From Adineta vaga (taxonomy: Eukaryota; Animalia; Rotifera): a stretch of 64,000 nucleotides of DNA. Below are positions 1 to 12,042 of the stretch, in pieces. The stretch covers positions 682,001 to 746,000 of the forward strand of contig CP075492.1 in assembly GCA_021613535.1 (NCBI GenBank), given 5' to 3'. The notes beneath the pieces were generated by a model. It worked only from the letters and a program-made list of their open reading frames with translations. It was not told where the DNA came from and did no database searches. The position numbers and the translations under genes were made by a program. Within the stretch, counting starts at the first letter, position 1; each line of letters starts with the position of its first letter.

Positions 1-288
1 AGAATTCACAGCACGCTGCTTCGACTTGATCAAAAGTTTCAAACGCAGTAGAACCTCTACACCATCGAGTTCGAATGATGCGCTCGAGCGTTGTCGTGTT
101 GAAGAAGAACATGTTTTTAGCCCTTTCTCCTTTTTTTTTATCGTTCTCCTCTTTTCCACATACACACCATCTGTCAGCCCTACAAAAAGACTAACACTAG
201 CATACAAGAGATACGCAAGTTTTAAAAATGAAACACAACAGACTTTGAGAGTAAACTTGAAAAAATTAAAATTTTTGTAAGTGACCGG
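1..288 (-). mobile_element. Internally deleted mariner-type transposase remnant (runs off window start)
   Basis: Minus-strand fragments in different frames read VLLQHDNARAH (mariner HDNARPH motif), ELDGVEVL and FETFDQVEAACCEF (mariner C-terminus). Outer boundary near TA at 289-290 is tentative. Confidence 0.6.
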
Positions 289-1271
289 TAGGGGTGGCAC
301 ATTTACTTTACTATTACTTTAGGTAAATAAGATAAAGTAAATATATTTACTAGTAAATAAAAGAAATTAATTATACGTAATTCTTCTACCCAGATAATCA
401 TAATTATGCTGTGTCTAACAAAAAAAGCCAGTTATGCAGATATATTAATACATTAAAATACAGGCAGTTTAACGCATGAAATAAACGGACAAATGAGTTG
501 TACAATGAATCTCAGCAGATGTGCCGGGTGAGATCACTGAAAATACTAGATCTTCATTTCGTTCGAGGAACCGTGGACAAATCCGACGAATGAGTTCTAT
601 TTGGTAAATATGAGCTGAAGCCTGTGAACTATATCTCTATAATACAAGCTTCTTCCGTATCTGAAATCTATTCCCAAGGTTTCGACTCGCGATCTATATC
701 TGCCTAAAAACTATTCTAGCTTCTTTAAGACCTCAAAACGTACGTGAGTCTCACAACTTATTTTCAGCGCATCATTAGACGTATGTATAGTCAAACCGCT
801 TCCTTAGATACTTTATCGAAAACTAAAATATGTGCAAATATAATAATTAGCTCAGATAACTTGCGATGCTCAATATTTAACAGTTGTAGGTAATACATGA
901 ACTAATTGAAGTAAAGCTGATTTCTACTTTTTTTGGAATAAAATATTAGCCCCGATATATAAGTTGTTATCATTTGCTATTGAGTATCGTACTAGATGTT
1001 CGATCATTCAAAAATGTAATTGTGGTAAACGTTTCCAAAAAAAGTCCCTAGGTCAAACATATATTCTCATTTGGTCTTACGAAGCATCAAACATTTTCCG
1101 CGACTGTTAGCAATACAACTGATTTTATCAGTAGCCTATCTAAAAACAATAAGAAGTCCGATAGCATCGAAAACATACCTTCAAGTCACTAACCATTTAT
1201 TATATTTAATTAACATTTCGGTATTTATTGATTTAATGAAGAATTTAATTTCATGTCGAATGGACTGGTTC

Positions 1272-1754
1272 TACGTAATAACAAAATCGGTGCTCTACTG
1301 AACTTCTAGAAAAGGTTCCGTCCTTATAAAAAAGATTGCATATACGTCGACGGCTTCAAAAACACAATAAAAAATTCTACGAAACCATTAAAGGATCGTC
1401 CCGTGTTTTGGCGGGAAGAACCTTCTCCTAAGAAACCTTTATTTTAAGTTCAGCACACAAAAATTAGGTTTCGTGCTAAACTTCAAATGAACATCAGCAT
1501 TTAGTACGAAATTATTTGATTTTCATGTAAAACTGTAAAAGTTTTATATTTTGCTACAAAATCTCATTTCTGCGTGCTGAACTTAAAAACGTTTCGTAAG
1601 AGAAGGTTCTTCCCGCCAATACACAGGACGATTCTTCAATGGTTTCGCAGAATTTTTTATTGTGTTTTCGAAGCCGTCGACGTATTTACAGTCTTTTTTA
1701 TAAGGACGAAACTTTTTCTAGAAGTTCAGTAGAGCACCAATTGTTTTTCGTGTG
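1272..1754. mobile_element. Foldback MITE, imperfect palindrome ending ...TTTTTCGTGTG
   Basis: About 1289-1470 is an imperfect reverse complement of about 1565-1738 (GGTGCTCTACTGAACTTCTAGAAAA / TTTTCTAGAAGTTCAGTAGAGCACC). Shares motifs with 35451-35914. No TSD seen. Confidence 0.8.
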
Positions 1755-2327
1755 CTGAGACTTCACATTATGATACTTCATTTGTTTATTCTTTGTTATC
1801 ACGGATGTTCATAGAAGTGATAGAGAACATTGCTTTTTTAAGAACTTTTGAGCAACTGAACATATTTCCAGAATGCTATGTGTAACGGAAGTATGATAAA
1901 GATGAGAATACAAGCTCTATCACTTTAATGGGCATTGATGTAAATGGGCTATCACTGCATCTGTATCTTTATGACAAATGGTGAGGCACAGTGTAGTGTT
2001 TTGCTCTACATCCAAATGTAACTATTTTACATATAATACGAGTTTATATAATAGAGAGACAAAGAGACAACATGAAGCGATAGAATTAGCTAGATAAAAA
2101 AGGAAAGAGAAGAAGAGAGATGAAAACACCTAGGGAGTGTCATTCAAAAGGATGTCCGCCACTCATCTGGGCACACTCTGAATTTACAGTTACATCGCTC
2201 GAAATCGCAGTTGATATACAGACTTCGTATTTTCATGCAGGCTTACACCACTAGCAAACGTTTTCTCTAATTTCTAAAAACCAGGCTTTTGGAACACCAC
2301 AATTTTCCCCAATGTTGTTTTAAATTG

Positions 2328-2550
2328 GCTCAGGTTATAGAGCACATCGAATTATCCGTGAATCAACGTGTTTTTCTTCTTTGCAAGAGCGGACTAGAGG
2401 AAAGTAAAGTAAACTTTTGGGTTTTTATATGAGAATGCTGTGGTATATTCTTCAAAGGGATTTAAATAGCTATATGTCTAGGAAAAAGTTAGTATGAAAT
2501 AGAAATAGTTACTATTTTGTAGACACTTCGATATGCTCTACTACCTGAGC
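2328..2550. mobile_element. MITE with ~28-bp imperfect TIR and 3-bp TSD (PIF/Harbinger-like)
   Basis: GCTCAGGTTATAGAGCACATCGAA ... TTCGATATGCTCTACTACCTGAGC, with TTG at both 2325-2327 and 2551-2553. Confidence 0.7.
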
Positions 2551-2553
2551 TTG

Positions 2554-2672
2554 CCCAGGTCGATAAATCCGATAGAAAGATTCAACACGGATCCTATTAA
2601 CTGATGCGACAATATCCTCTCGAATCCGTCAAACTGAAGGAATTCAACTAAATCCGATCTAATGCAATTCGA
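2554..2672. mobile_element. Terminal fragment of a CCC-ended, TCCGA-repeat element
   Basis: Starts CCCAGGTCGA, matching the reverse complement of the end of 41430-41858; contains repeated ATCCG(A) motifs. Confidence 0.45.
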
Positions 2673-4070
2673 TATAAACAGAGCGCAACCGGCACAAACC
2701 GCGCATCACAATAGTTCAAGAAAACAGTTTCATGAAAACCTACAGATTCAGTCTCCATGCTTATGAAGAAAAAACGAACTATCAGTGTCTGGTTATATCA
2801 TCCAGTATACAGAACTACAAATAAAACGCTCAAACACAACACGAGTCAGATATTAGATTGCACTATAACATTGTCGACTCAATATTCTCACTCAATGACC
2901 ATACGTTATCCATATCGGATTGCCGTAGCTTCTCAAAAAAAATATATTTTAATTAAATCGTTCGCAATTTAAAAATCTCAAAAGTGATACTTTTTAATGA
3001 AACTTGTCTATTTAAAGAATGTGTATCTATTTAAATCTCTTGATCATTCTGTTTTTTTCAATCATACGATTGAAAACAGAACGAAATACTGTTTATTGAA
3101 TTGACAGTTTAACAGTTATGTTAGTCTCTGTATATCTTATTGACAAATGGTGTGAATTGAACACATCAAATGATAAGATCAAATTTATTTTGAAATCGGA
3201 AGAAACTGTCAAAATCATTTACATAACTTTAAATAGATTAATAGTCGATCTTTCTGAACAAAATAATAGGAAAAAAACATTCTTATCAGAAAATATCTTT
3301 TGTAGAATTTGTTGCTGTTCATGGTATAACGGAGTTTTGTTTGTTGAACCTAATGAAATTAATCACAATAGTAAACTGATCGAAAAGAGTTGTTAAATCA
3401 ATCGTTTTCATAACAACCGCAAAAAGAATTGATCTTAATCATACGCATTGTTTTTTAGTTTTTCTCAACAAACATGATGTTTGTTTTCTAAGACAGATAT
3501 TTTATTCATATTTGTATATTAATTGAAATATAGTTAGAAGAAATAGGAATAATGGATTATTCAGTCAAATATCTTTTTAATATTGAATCATATACAGTAA
3601 ATGTTTTTTTTTCATCTTTCTTTTTCTCTTAGCCGTCCCCTACTCAGTATAACATAAGTAAAATGAGGTGGAATTTCATTACAATTTATGTGAGATTATA
3701 ACAATTCTAAAACTCATTGATGTTCCATAATATTCTGACGTGAGTTACTCAGATGTAGAAACGTATGAAGCAGGTTAATAGATTTATATAGAAATGTGTA
3801 TGAGATTAAATATTGATTTGCTTTGGTTGTCTTAAAAGTTACTGCTAGCTTTTAGAAATATATTATTCCTAAATATTGTTAGGAATTCTTCTTTGTTATG
3901 AATGTGACAATGGAAAAAGGGATAATTGGAAAGTAAATTTGATCATCGATATTTAATGAGCTTGTTTGACGCGTTGATTAGATTGTTGAAGCAAAAGATC
4001 GTTGCAATAATGAATGACTCATATATTTGTACAATAGATCAAATAGCTGTGCAGCAGATTAAGTAGCTAT

Positions 4071-4093
4071 NNNNNNNNNNNNNNNNNNNNNNN
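4071..4093. other. Assembly gap (23 N)
   Basis: Run of N in the sequence. Confidence 1.
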
Positions 4094-4149
4094 GCATTGA
4101 CAAGACGAATGTAGATTTTTGTCACAGAACGGCAAAACATGGATGACTA

Positions 4150-5130
4150 TCATTTGCCCAAAATTGTGGTTCCCAGAATTGGTCCACAAATAAAGTCCAC
4201 AATTGTGGACCATTCAACAATTATGTAAATTTTGGTCACCGATTACCACCTATTCAAAAATCCCAAAATTATCTTTCTACTTCTAAATTACTACCCATAA
4301 GCAACTAGTAACAGGCTCTATTCGCAAAGCACCTTACCCACAACTCTAACTCAATCGTCTCTAAACATATCTGGTCACCACATCATTCCGACTAACTCAT
4401 TTGATTGCACATCTTTGGTCACCAGATCATCCCAAAGATAATCGTCATTTGATTCAATTTCATTGGAAACTAAATTCAGTGAAATCCATACTATACATAC
4501 GACTGGTTACCAAAGATACATAATGCTGATTTTTTTTATGGGGTATAGACGGTCACCAGAACGTTTAAAAGAAATGTTTTGAATCCGGATTGACTTAGTT
4601 TATAGAGTTGGCTGGCTTTTAGAAAGAGGAAACGTGTTCCTGGTTATCAGTCATAAATCGGGATACTTTCAGTGTTTATGATTCATGGAATTGATGAGTG
4701 CATAATTAAAAGTTTGTAAAATTGTCAAAGCAGTGCTTGAGGCTCTTTATGGAATGTTTTTTATTTTTATTATTTACGAGTATAATAGCTGAATAATTAT
4801 TTGTAATATATATATATATATATAAATAAGTGATTAGTAGCATAAAATCTTTACAAAAATTTCAGTATTCACGAATCCTAACTAAAACTTTCTATTTCGA
4901 ATATCTTCCACATAGCCTTTCAACATAGTATATTCTCCATTTCAATGATACAGCCACTACATGTATCAATTGGAACAATTAAATTGAATTAAGTTTCAAA
5001 AAGAAATAAAACGCCCCGCAATTTTCCCTTGGATGATCTGGTGACCAAAAGTTACATAATTGTTGAATGGTCCACAATTGTGGACTTTATTTGTGGACCA
5101 ATTCTGGGAACCACAATTTTGGGCGAATGA
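4150..5130. mobile_element. Non-autonomous DNA transposon with 91-bp TIRs and TA TSD
   Basis: 4150-4240 is a near-perfect reverse complement of 5040-5130. TA lies at 4148-4149 and 5131-5132. Internal GGTCACCA(GATCATC) motifs are repeated. No ORF. Confidence 0.9.
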
Positions 5131-5269
5131 TAACCTACCATTTTAAGTAATTGCATCGTCACTAATAAAATATTTCTTCATCTAAGGACCTTCACTTTCT
5201 TCTTTGGAAGTAAATGAATCTAATATTAATGAAAGATATTTTAATGGAGAAAATATATCCATTAACAAT

Positions 5270-5498
5270 TGTTTTATATAATAAAACAATCTACCAAAAC
5301 TAATATTATGTAGAGCATAAAGAAAATCAGATGGTACGAATTGAATTGTATACAATTGCAAATTGAAAATGAACTCGAAAACCAACGTTGATTTGGATGT
5401 TTATGAGCAATATCACGTGATAATTGAATAATTTCATCCACAGTCAAAAATTGGGAGTAATCGGAAACATTATTCATTAAGGTACCATACATTGCCAT
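5270..5498 (-). pseudogene. Degenerate zinc carboxypeptidase (M14, bacterial-type) fragment
   Basis: LMNNVSDYSQFLTVDEIIQLSRDIAHKHP and, in another frame, PSDFLYALHNISFGRLFYYI resemble N-terminal and LHN motifs of bacterial M14 peptidases. Large internal deletion and frameshift. Recognised from memory. Confidence 0.55.
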
Positions 5499-6028
5499 GA
5501 CGTTTTTCTATGTAAGTGTATTGGAATATAAAGAAAATCAGTTGTGTTTTAATGAAGAACGTAAAAGAAAGAAATACTCCTTTCTGTTTTGTTCTAGTGA
5601 TTGAAATCTATCACAAAAAGTACAAATATTCCAAAAAGATATGTGTAAAAACAGATAAAAAGTAAAACAATTAAATTTGTCTCAGACATATGCACCTTGA
5701 ATCTGAACCGAATATTAAAATACGCTATGAAAATATAGAGAATAGTTTCAAATTTCTTGTTTCATATATTTAGTCATACAAATTATCGAGGTAATATTGA
5801 GGATGTAAGATTTGTGACTTATCAGATATGCATGTTGATGAAAATTTAAAAAAAAATATTTAGATTTCAATTTAATTAATTTAATTTTTCTTCATAACGT
5901 AAATCAATACGTATACGTGGAGATATACTTAATGAATTCATAATCTAAAATGTTATGGTATAACCGTGTGATCAGAAATCATCCAGTATTATATTTATCA
6001 ATTTTTTTTATTAGAAAAAATGATACAA

Positions 6029-6712
6029 TTACAGAATAATAATCAAAATAATTATTAATAGATAAATATTTATAGCGAGTGATGGTGAATAACCAGAAAT
6101 TGTTGTTGTTGTATATCTTGGACAAGTATCAATGGTAATATCATCAAGTGCAACAGAAACACTATTTTTAATATCTGCCATGATATTGAACCAAATCGTT
6201 ACATTACATGTAAGATCAAGAAGTTGGATTCGATCAGTTTTCCAACCAAGAGTATCATCCGTACGGATCACCCATAATGTGCTGCTGTAACATCCTTTGA
6301 TAGAAACAGTTAATACTGTTCCATTACGAATGCTATTCATCGATTTGATATAATAAGCAAAATTAAAACACAAATGCTCATGCAGTTCGAATATCGGTAT
6401 ACTTAAACAACCGTCCCTATCTGTATGTGGAGAACCCAATGGTTGATGCCAATAAGCAAAATGACCTGAACTAGTATTGTAAGTATGATCTGTCATCGGT
6501 GCTAATGATTTATCAGGTACGTTTTCTCCAGTAGTTAAAGTAAAATTATGAACAGGACGTTCAGGATCAAACCACAGACTATTCTGCATTTCACACATCG
6601 TTCCATCTTCAAAATTACAAGACAACACTGAAGTACTACGAACTTGTATAGAATAAAATAAAACAAAACTAAAAATAAGAAGCATTTTATGACAATAAAA
6701 ACTCACGGTCAT
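6029..6712 (-). CDS. Single MAM-domain secreted/membrane-anchored protein
   Basis: Signal-like N-terminus; SCNFEDGTMC, DHT..TSSGHF, CFNFAYY and VALDDITI MAM motifs; hydrophobic C-terminal tail; intronless. First ATG at 6712. Confidence 0.85.
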   Translation of the reverse strand: MTVSFYCHKMLLIFSFVLFYSIQVRSTSVLSCNFEDGTMCEMQNSLWFDPERPVHNFTLTTGENVPDKSLAPMTDHTYNTSSGHFAYWHQPLGSPHTDRDGCLSIPIFELHEHLCFNFAYYIKSMNSIRNGTVLTVSIKGCYSSTLWVIRTDDTLGWKTDRIQLLDLTCNVTIWFNIMADIKNSVSVALDDITIDTCPRYTTTTISGYSPSLAINIYLLIIILIIIL

Positions 6713-7080
6713 TTTTATATAACTCCACAAAAGAATCTCTATTATTGACTCATGATGTTATCATGTTTGTGATAACATACTGTTTTATTCTTTTCTCTGT
6801 TAAATAATTGGTTATACTGTTGACTTCAGAAGTAAAATCAACAGATGGCGACAAAATTCTGATTTTATTCTTAAAAAGTATTATCAATAATAATCATGTG
6901 TGAGCAAAGGAAGAGGAAATAAGTAATTATTTATAACGATGAATCAGTCATAGACAATCAGCAAATGTGTATATATTTTGTACATTCGATAAAGGACGGC
7001 ATCTATTCGTTCTATAACTGATTTTAGTTACCAATAGATAATTATACTTCAAAACTTTTCTTTTTATAAAGATAACAGTA

Positions 7081-8310
7081 ATGGAAAATAACAAAATTCA
7101 ATGTTCAACATGTAAAAAAGACAAAATTACTTATTTTTGTCGAGGATGTTTAAAAGAATATTGTTTTTTACATTTGGAAGAACATCGACAAGCGATAAAT
7201 GGTGATTTAGATGAAATAGTCAATGATTTTAATCAATTTCAACAAGAAATTCATGATGGAAAACAAAATTCAATTTTAATTAAACAAATTAATGAATGGG
7301 AACAAGAATCAATTGAAAAAATCCAACAAACAGCTGAATATTGTCGGGAAAAAGTGAATCAATATACGAATATATTAATTGATGAAACAAAAGAAAAATT
7401 TACTGAATTAAATCAACAAATTAAAATAATTCGTGAAGAAAATGAATTTAATCATATATAGATCGAATTTCTATTTGATCATCATCATTAAGTATGTTTT
7501 GTTTACCGTTGTTCATGAAAAGAAAAACAACGAACTTTATATGTTTAATTTTAGAATTAAAATATAAAAAATGGAATTACTTTAGTTGGTAATAATGAAT
7601 TATATCATATTAATAATCCTAGTGCAATTTTTGTTGATGAAAATCAAATTTATCAATTAAAATATCCAACAAATTTAATCGTTAATAAAAGAAACGATTC
7701 ATATATTATTGCTGATATGGGAAATTCATGAGTCATTCGATGGTTTTATTCAAAATATTCAGAACCACAAATTCTTATTGATAATATTGATTGTTATGGT
7801 TTAGCAAGGGATAAATATGGATTTATTTATGTTTGTGATCATGAGAAGAACGAACTAAGAAGATGGAATTTTGGAAGAAAACAGCAATTATTAGTTGCTG
7901 GTGGAAATCAAGTTAATCAACTCAATGGACCTACATTTATCTTTGTTGATGACGAACAATCTGTTTATATATCTGATAGTAGAAATAATCGTATCATGAA
8001 ATGGAAACAAGGTGTTATTGTAGCAGGTGGTAATGGTGAAGGTAATAATCTTAATCAATTATCTTATCCTTTTGGTGTAGTTGTCGATGATTTTGCTCAA
8101 ATTTATGTGTCTGATTCAAATAATGATCGAATAATGCGTTGGTATCAAGGAAGTACACAAGGTGAAATAGTTGTTGGTGGAAATAGTGAAGGAAATGAAA
8201 CAGATCAATTAAATTTTCCAAATGGTTTATCACTTGATTTCGAAGGAAATCTTTATGTTGCTGATTGTGATAATTATCGTATAGAAAAATATGAAATCGT
8301 TTTTGATTAA
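7081..8310 (+). pseudogene. B-box/coiled-coil + NHL-repeat protein, disrupted
   Basis: CxxC...CxGC..CxxHxxEH B-box and coiled coil (7081-7461); NHL repeats (GGNGEGN..NQLSYPFGV, LYVADCDNYRI). Stops at 7459-7461 and ~7728 with a degraded middle. Confidence 0.8.
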
Positions 8311-9947
8311 ATTCTTTACTAAAAATAAAATGAGAAAATATTTCTTATTTAAGAAGATTTAAATATCTCTATTAACTGTTTGTCCAAAATGATGAATACG
8401 ATGTTTTGAAATTTATATCTTTGTAACTACACCATCTAGACCGGAAATTTACACGACATAAATAATCTTCTGATAAGAAATGAAAGATGATCGATTACAA
8501 ACACAACTCTTAAAACTTATGGGAGAGAAGTATATCTTTCAGTTGTTCGGAATCACAGTCATTGATCAATTCGATACTCGTCTTTTTATTACTGATTCAA
8601 ACTGAAAAACTAGTTTTTAACAAATCTTATAATTTTCGGAAGAATGTCAGGTAAGACCAATTATGAGGAAACACCTACATTTTACATCTGTCTGTATCTA
8701 TTCTTAACCTGTTATACCAAAAAATACGATAAAAATGAAAAGTCACATTCATGCGTAGTTTTTATTGAACAATGAATTGCCCATAGCTGTAGAATATTTA
8801 TTTTCCGTTGCAGAATAGAAGCCCAATTGGCTCCTAACATAAACTGAAGATTATAAGTTCAAACTTAGATACATATATTCAGAGACCTCTAGTTTTTTCC
8901 CTTAATCATCTATAATCTAATCTCTTTCATCATTTTATTTGTTCACACACAACTCTTTATTATGGTTAAATAAAATAAAATCTGATTGTACCTCGATTTG
9001 TTATGTTTGTGGTGCAAAAAATATGAGCATATATCTATGAGAAATCCAATTAAAAAGAAAAATTAGATCCATAAGCTCGGTAATAATCATTCCACAAGAA
9101 TATTTAGAAGAAACATCTGATTCAGAATTAAATTTACCAACTTTCAATTAGGACATGAAATCGTCTATTATTACCTGTAATTAGGGATGGAATATTTACT
9201 TTTGTTTAAAATCAATATTAACACGACCGTTAATCAACATCTGTTAAATTAAAGTGATTTATTCCTAAGCAACGGCATGTAAAACGTGATATTAGTTCTA
9301 TGTACGTCACTTTGCACTGAGAAATACATCTAATGAAATAGATTTAATATGTCAAATATTTTCAAATCTTAATGACCTTGAATTAACGACAAAAATATCT
9401 TCATAGATTCGAATCAGCGAATCAAAACTTAATATTAACTTTGATTTCGCCTCAAGTATTTAATTTTTTCATGACAATGGTAATATAAGTAGTCTCTTTT
9501 TTGGCTTGATCATATCCAACAGAACATTTGTTATTTAAAACTTGATTTTTTGAGAATATGAGTAAAAATAAAAGTAAGTCTATTTCTTTAAAAAAAAAGA
9601 CAAATTTGAAATCTGATGACTTTTCAAGTCACTGCGCGACCGTAGAATTGAATAAATATATACCGAAAAGGAAAAAAAATTTCATTTCTATATATAGCTG
9701 GAATATATATAACAGCCAATCATTCTATGTCTCTCTCATTAAAAAACAGTTCAATAGAAAAAAAATTGGTTTATTTTCTCAATACAATTTTAATGTCCCG
9801 AATGTCCCGTTTAAATAAAAATCATATTTATTATAATCTATCGAAATAGAATAAAGTTTCTTTCTGTTATTTACAATTCTTCATCAAAAATAAGCACCGA
9901 TTGTCAATGATTGAAATTTCTCTTTTCTAATTTATACTGTTTTCCAT

Positions 9948-10337
9948 CAGACATTGGACGCAAGTACTTCTAAGTACTTTGTTAATTCAGTCTTATTCAT
10001 CTTTCTTATCATGATTGATATATAACCATAGTACTCATTTTGATCGTCTTCTCAAGAGCGACAAAACGGTACTCCTTGTATTTCAATCCGAATAGTTTCC
10101 GGTTAGAAAACCCAAAGTACTTAAGAGATTTTGCCACGTTTAAAAATGACAAGAAACATTTTAAGTACTTTGGGTTTTCTAACCGAAAACTATTCGGATT
10201 GAAATACAAGGAGTACCGTTTTGTCGCTCTTGAGAAGACGATCAAAATGAGTACTATGGTTATATATCAATCATGATAAGAAAGACGAATAAGACTAAAA
10301 TAACAAAGTACTTAGAAGTACTTGCGTCCAATGTCTA
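9948..10337. mobile_element. hAT-type foldback MITE, 177-bp arms, 8-bp TSD
   Basis: Arms 9948-10124 and 10161-10337 are near-perfect reverse complements. Termini CAG...CTA. TSD TTTTCCAT at 9940-9947 and 10338-10345. Confidence 0.93.
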
Positions 10338-10896
10338 TTTTCCATGATCTTTATAAGATTTCATACTGATTACATACACAATTATAGATTCTACTTTTTC
10401 TCTTCAAATAAAAAAGATAGATTCAAATATCGTTTCTATATTGATATATATTCCAATCACAACCAAATTCTCTAACCAACTGCGGCATATTCAAAGTGTA
10501 GTATATTCTAGAGAGCTTGAATTTCAGAAAATGAGTTTTACGGTCATCGGTAATAATAGAGAAAATTTTTTTAAGACATATCATTTTTTTTCTTTCTTTC
10601 TCTATGTTGGAAAAAACCTATTACACCCAGTAAAATAAAAGCTTTCAGCGCAATCCCTTGCGGGATTAAAATGTGAAACACGATCAAATTTTGGCAATTT
10701 CAATCTTATTGATTTTTGATGAATTTTTTGTGACATTTTCGATAGAAAAATGTGAATCATTCTAGATAAAAAGATCAAATTCTTAGGCAATTAAAGATTA
10801 TGATAATTTATTATAAGAAAGTAAATCGAATTTTAAAATGTGTTTAAATAAACTTTGAGAAAAATCAAGCAAAGTTTTCGATGACTTGTTTTTTTT

Positions 10897-11856
10897 TCAA
10901 ACATCAATTTGATAAATCTGAATATCAATCAAATTTTTATTTTTTGAATTGAAAGTAACGGACAGATTGATAGTTGATAATACTAATAAAATTGATTCGT
11001 TTTCGAGCAGGCCTTCTTCAGATAAATGTTTATTGTTAGATTGATGTAATAATTGCTTGAGTTTTTCTTTTTCAGTGATCACTTCTACTAATTCATTGTT
11101 ACGAGTATCGATAGTTAATTTGATTCGATTTTCTTGAACATCTTTTTTCATTATGGATCTTGTCTTACATCGTTTACATTTTATGCTTTTATCACTTATT
11201 TCAATTTCTTTGGAATAACATTTGGGACAGATCAACTTCTCTTCTAGTAATCCTATCGAAACGATATTACCAATTACATATGTATCATGATCGATCTCAA
11301 AAAGTTCAGATGATTGTACATCACCTATGTCCTTGATTTCTTCAAATCTTGAAATTTATGAGAAAATATCAAATTATGATCATGTAAGGGTATACGAATA
11401 AACATATTTACGTTGTACTCGTAATTGTTGTTATTGTTACTTCACTGTTAAAAATTTTGACTTTAGCTAATTTAACTTTATAGCTCGAATTTTGTTTAAT
11501 GAAATCAAATTGATCTTGCCATATATTCATACACATAGACGAAGTTGTATCAGCAATGATAATTGCTCTTTTCAGTTTCAAAACTCGTTTTGCTGCATTA
11601 TTGAAAATTACACTTTCATCCTCAATTATAGTGGTGAGTTTTAAAGAAGAAAACTATTTTCTAACTTACAGAACCAATTTCAATGATTTTCGCGATAAAA
11701 CTGATATATTCACCATCACATTTATTTTCAATATTTTCAAGTGGAGTAATTTGTAAACAATTGGGCTTAATTGATAATTCTTTCAGTACGACAGTTGTCT
11801 CTGGGGTTGCAATATGGCTGTCCTCAGCATTGAATTTTAGTTTATTCAGTTCACAA
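10897..11856 (-). pseudogene. RPA70-like OB-fold + Zn-finger gene, 3' part, interrupted by hAT insertion
   Basis: Spliced reading ISFIAKIIEIGS/DESVIF..LKRAIIIADTTSSMCMNIWQDQF..YKVKLAKVKIFN/..ICPKC..CKRC, with two short GT-AG introns. Probable 5' piece at 15088-15156. Confidence 0.65.
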
Positions 11857-12042
11857 CAGAGGTAGGATAAGTACACGTACACAAAGTACACGTACAAGTA
11901 CTTGTACGTGTATCGATGTACTTGTACTTGTACTCGCATGAATGTACTTGTATCACAGGTAAGACAAGTACATCAAGTACAAGTACAAGTAATTTTACTT
12001 GTCGTTGACGAACCATACTTCCACCTCTGTCTGACTATTATT

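Noticed and set aside
10009-10276. Two near-identical 78-aa ORFs on opposite strands
   Set aside because: Artefact of the palindromic MITE; non-ATG starts and no protein features.
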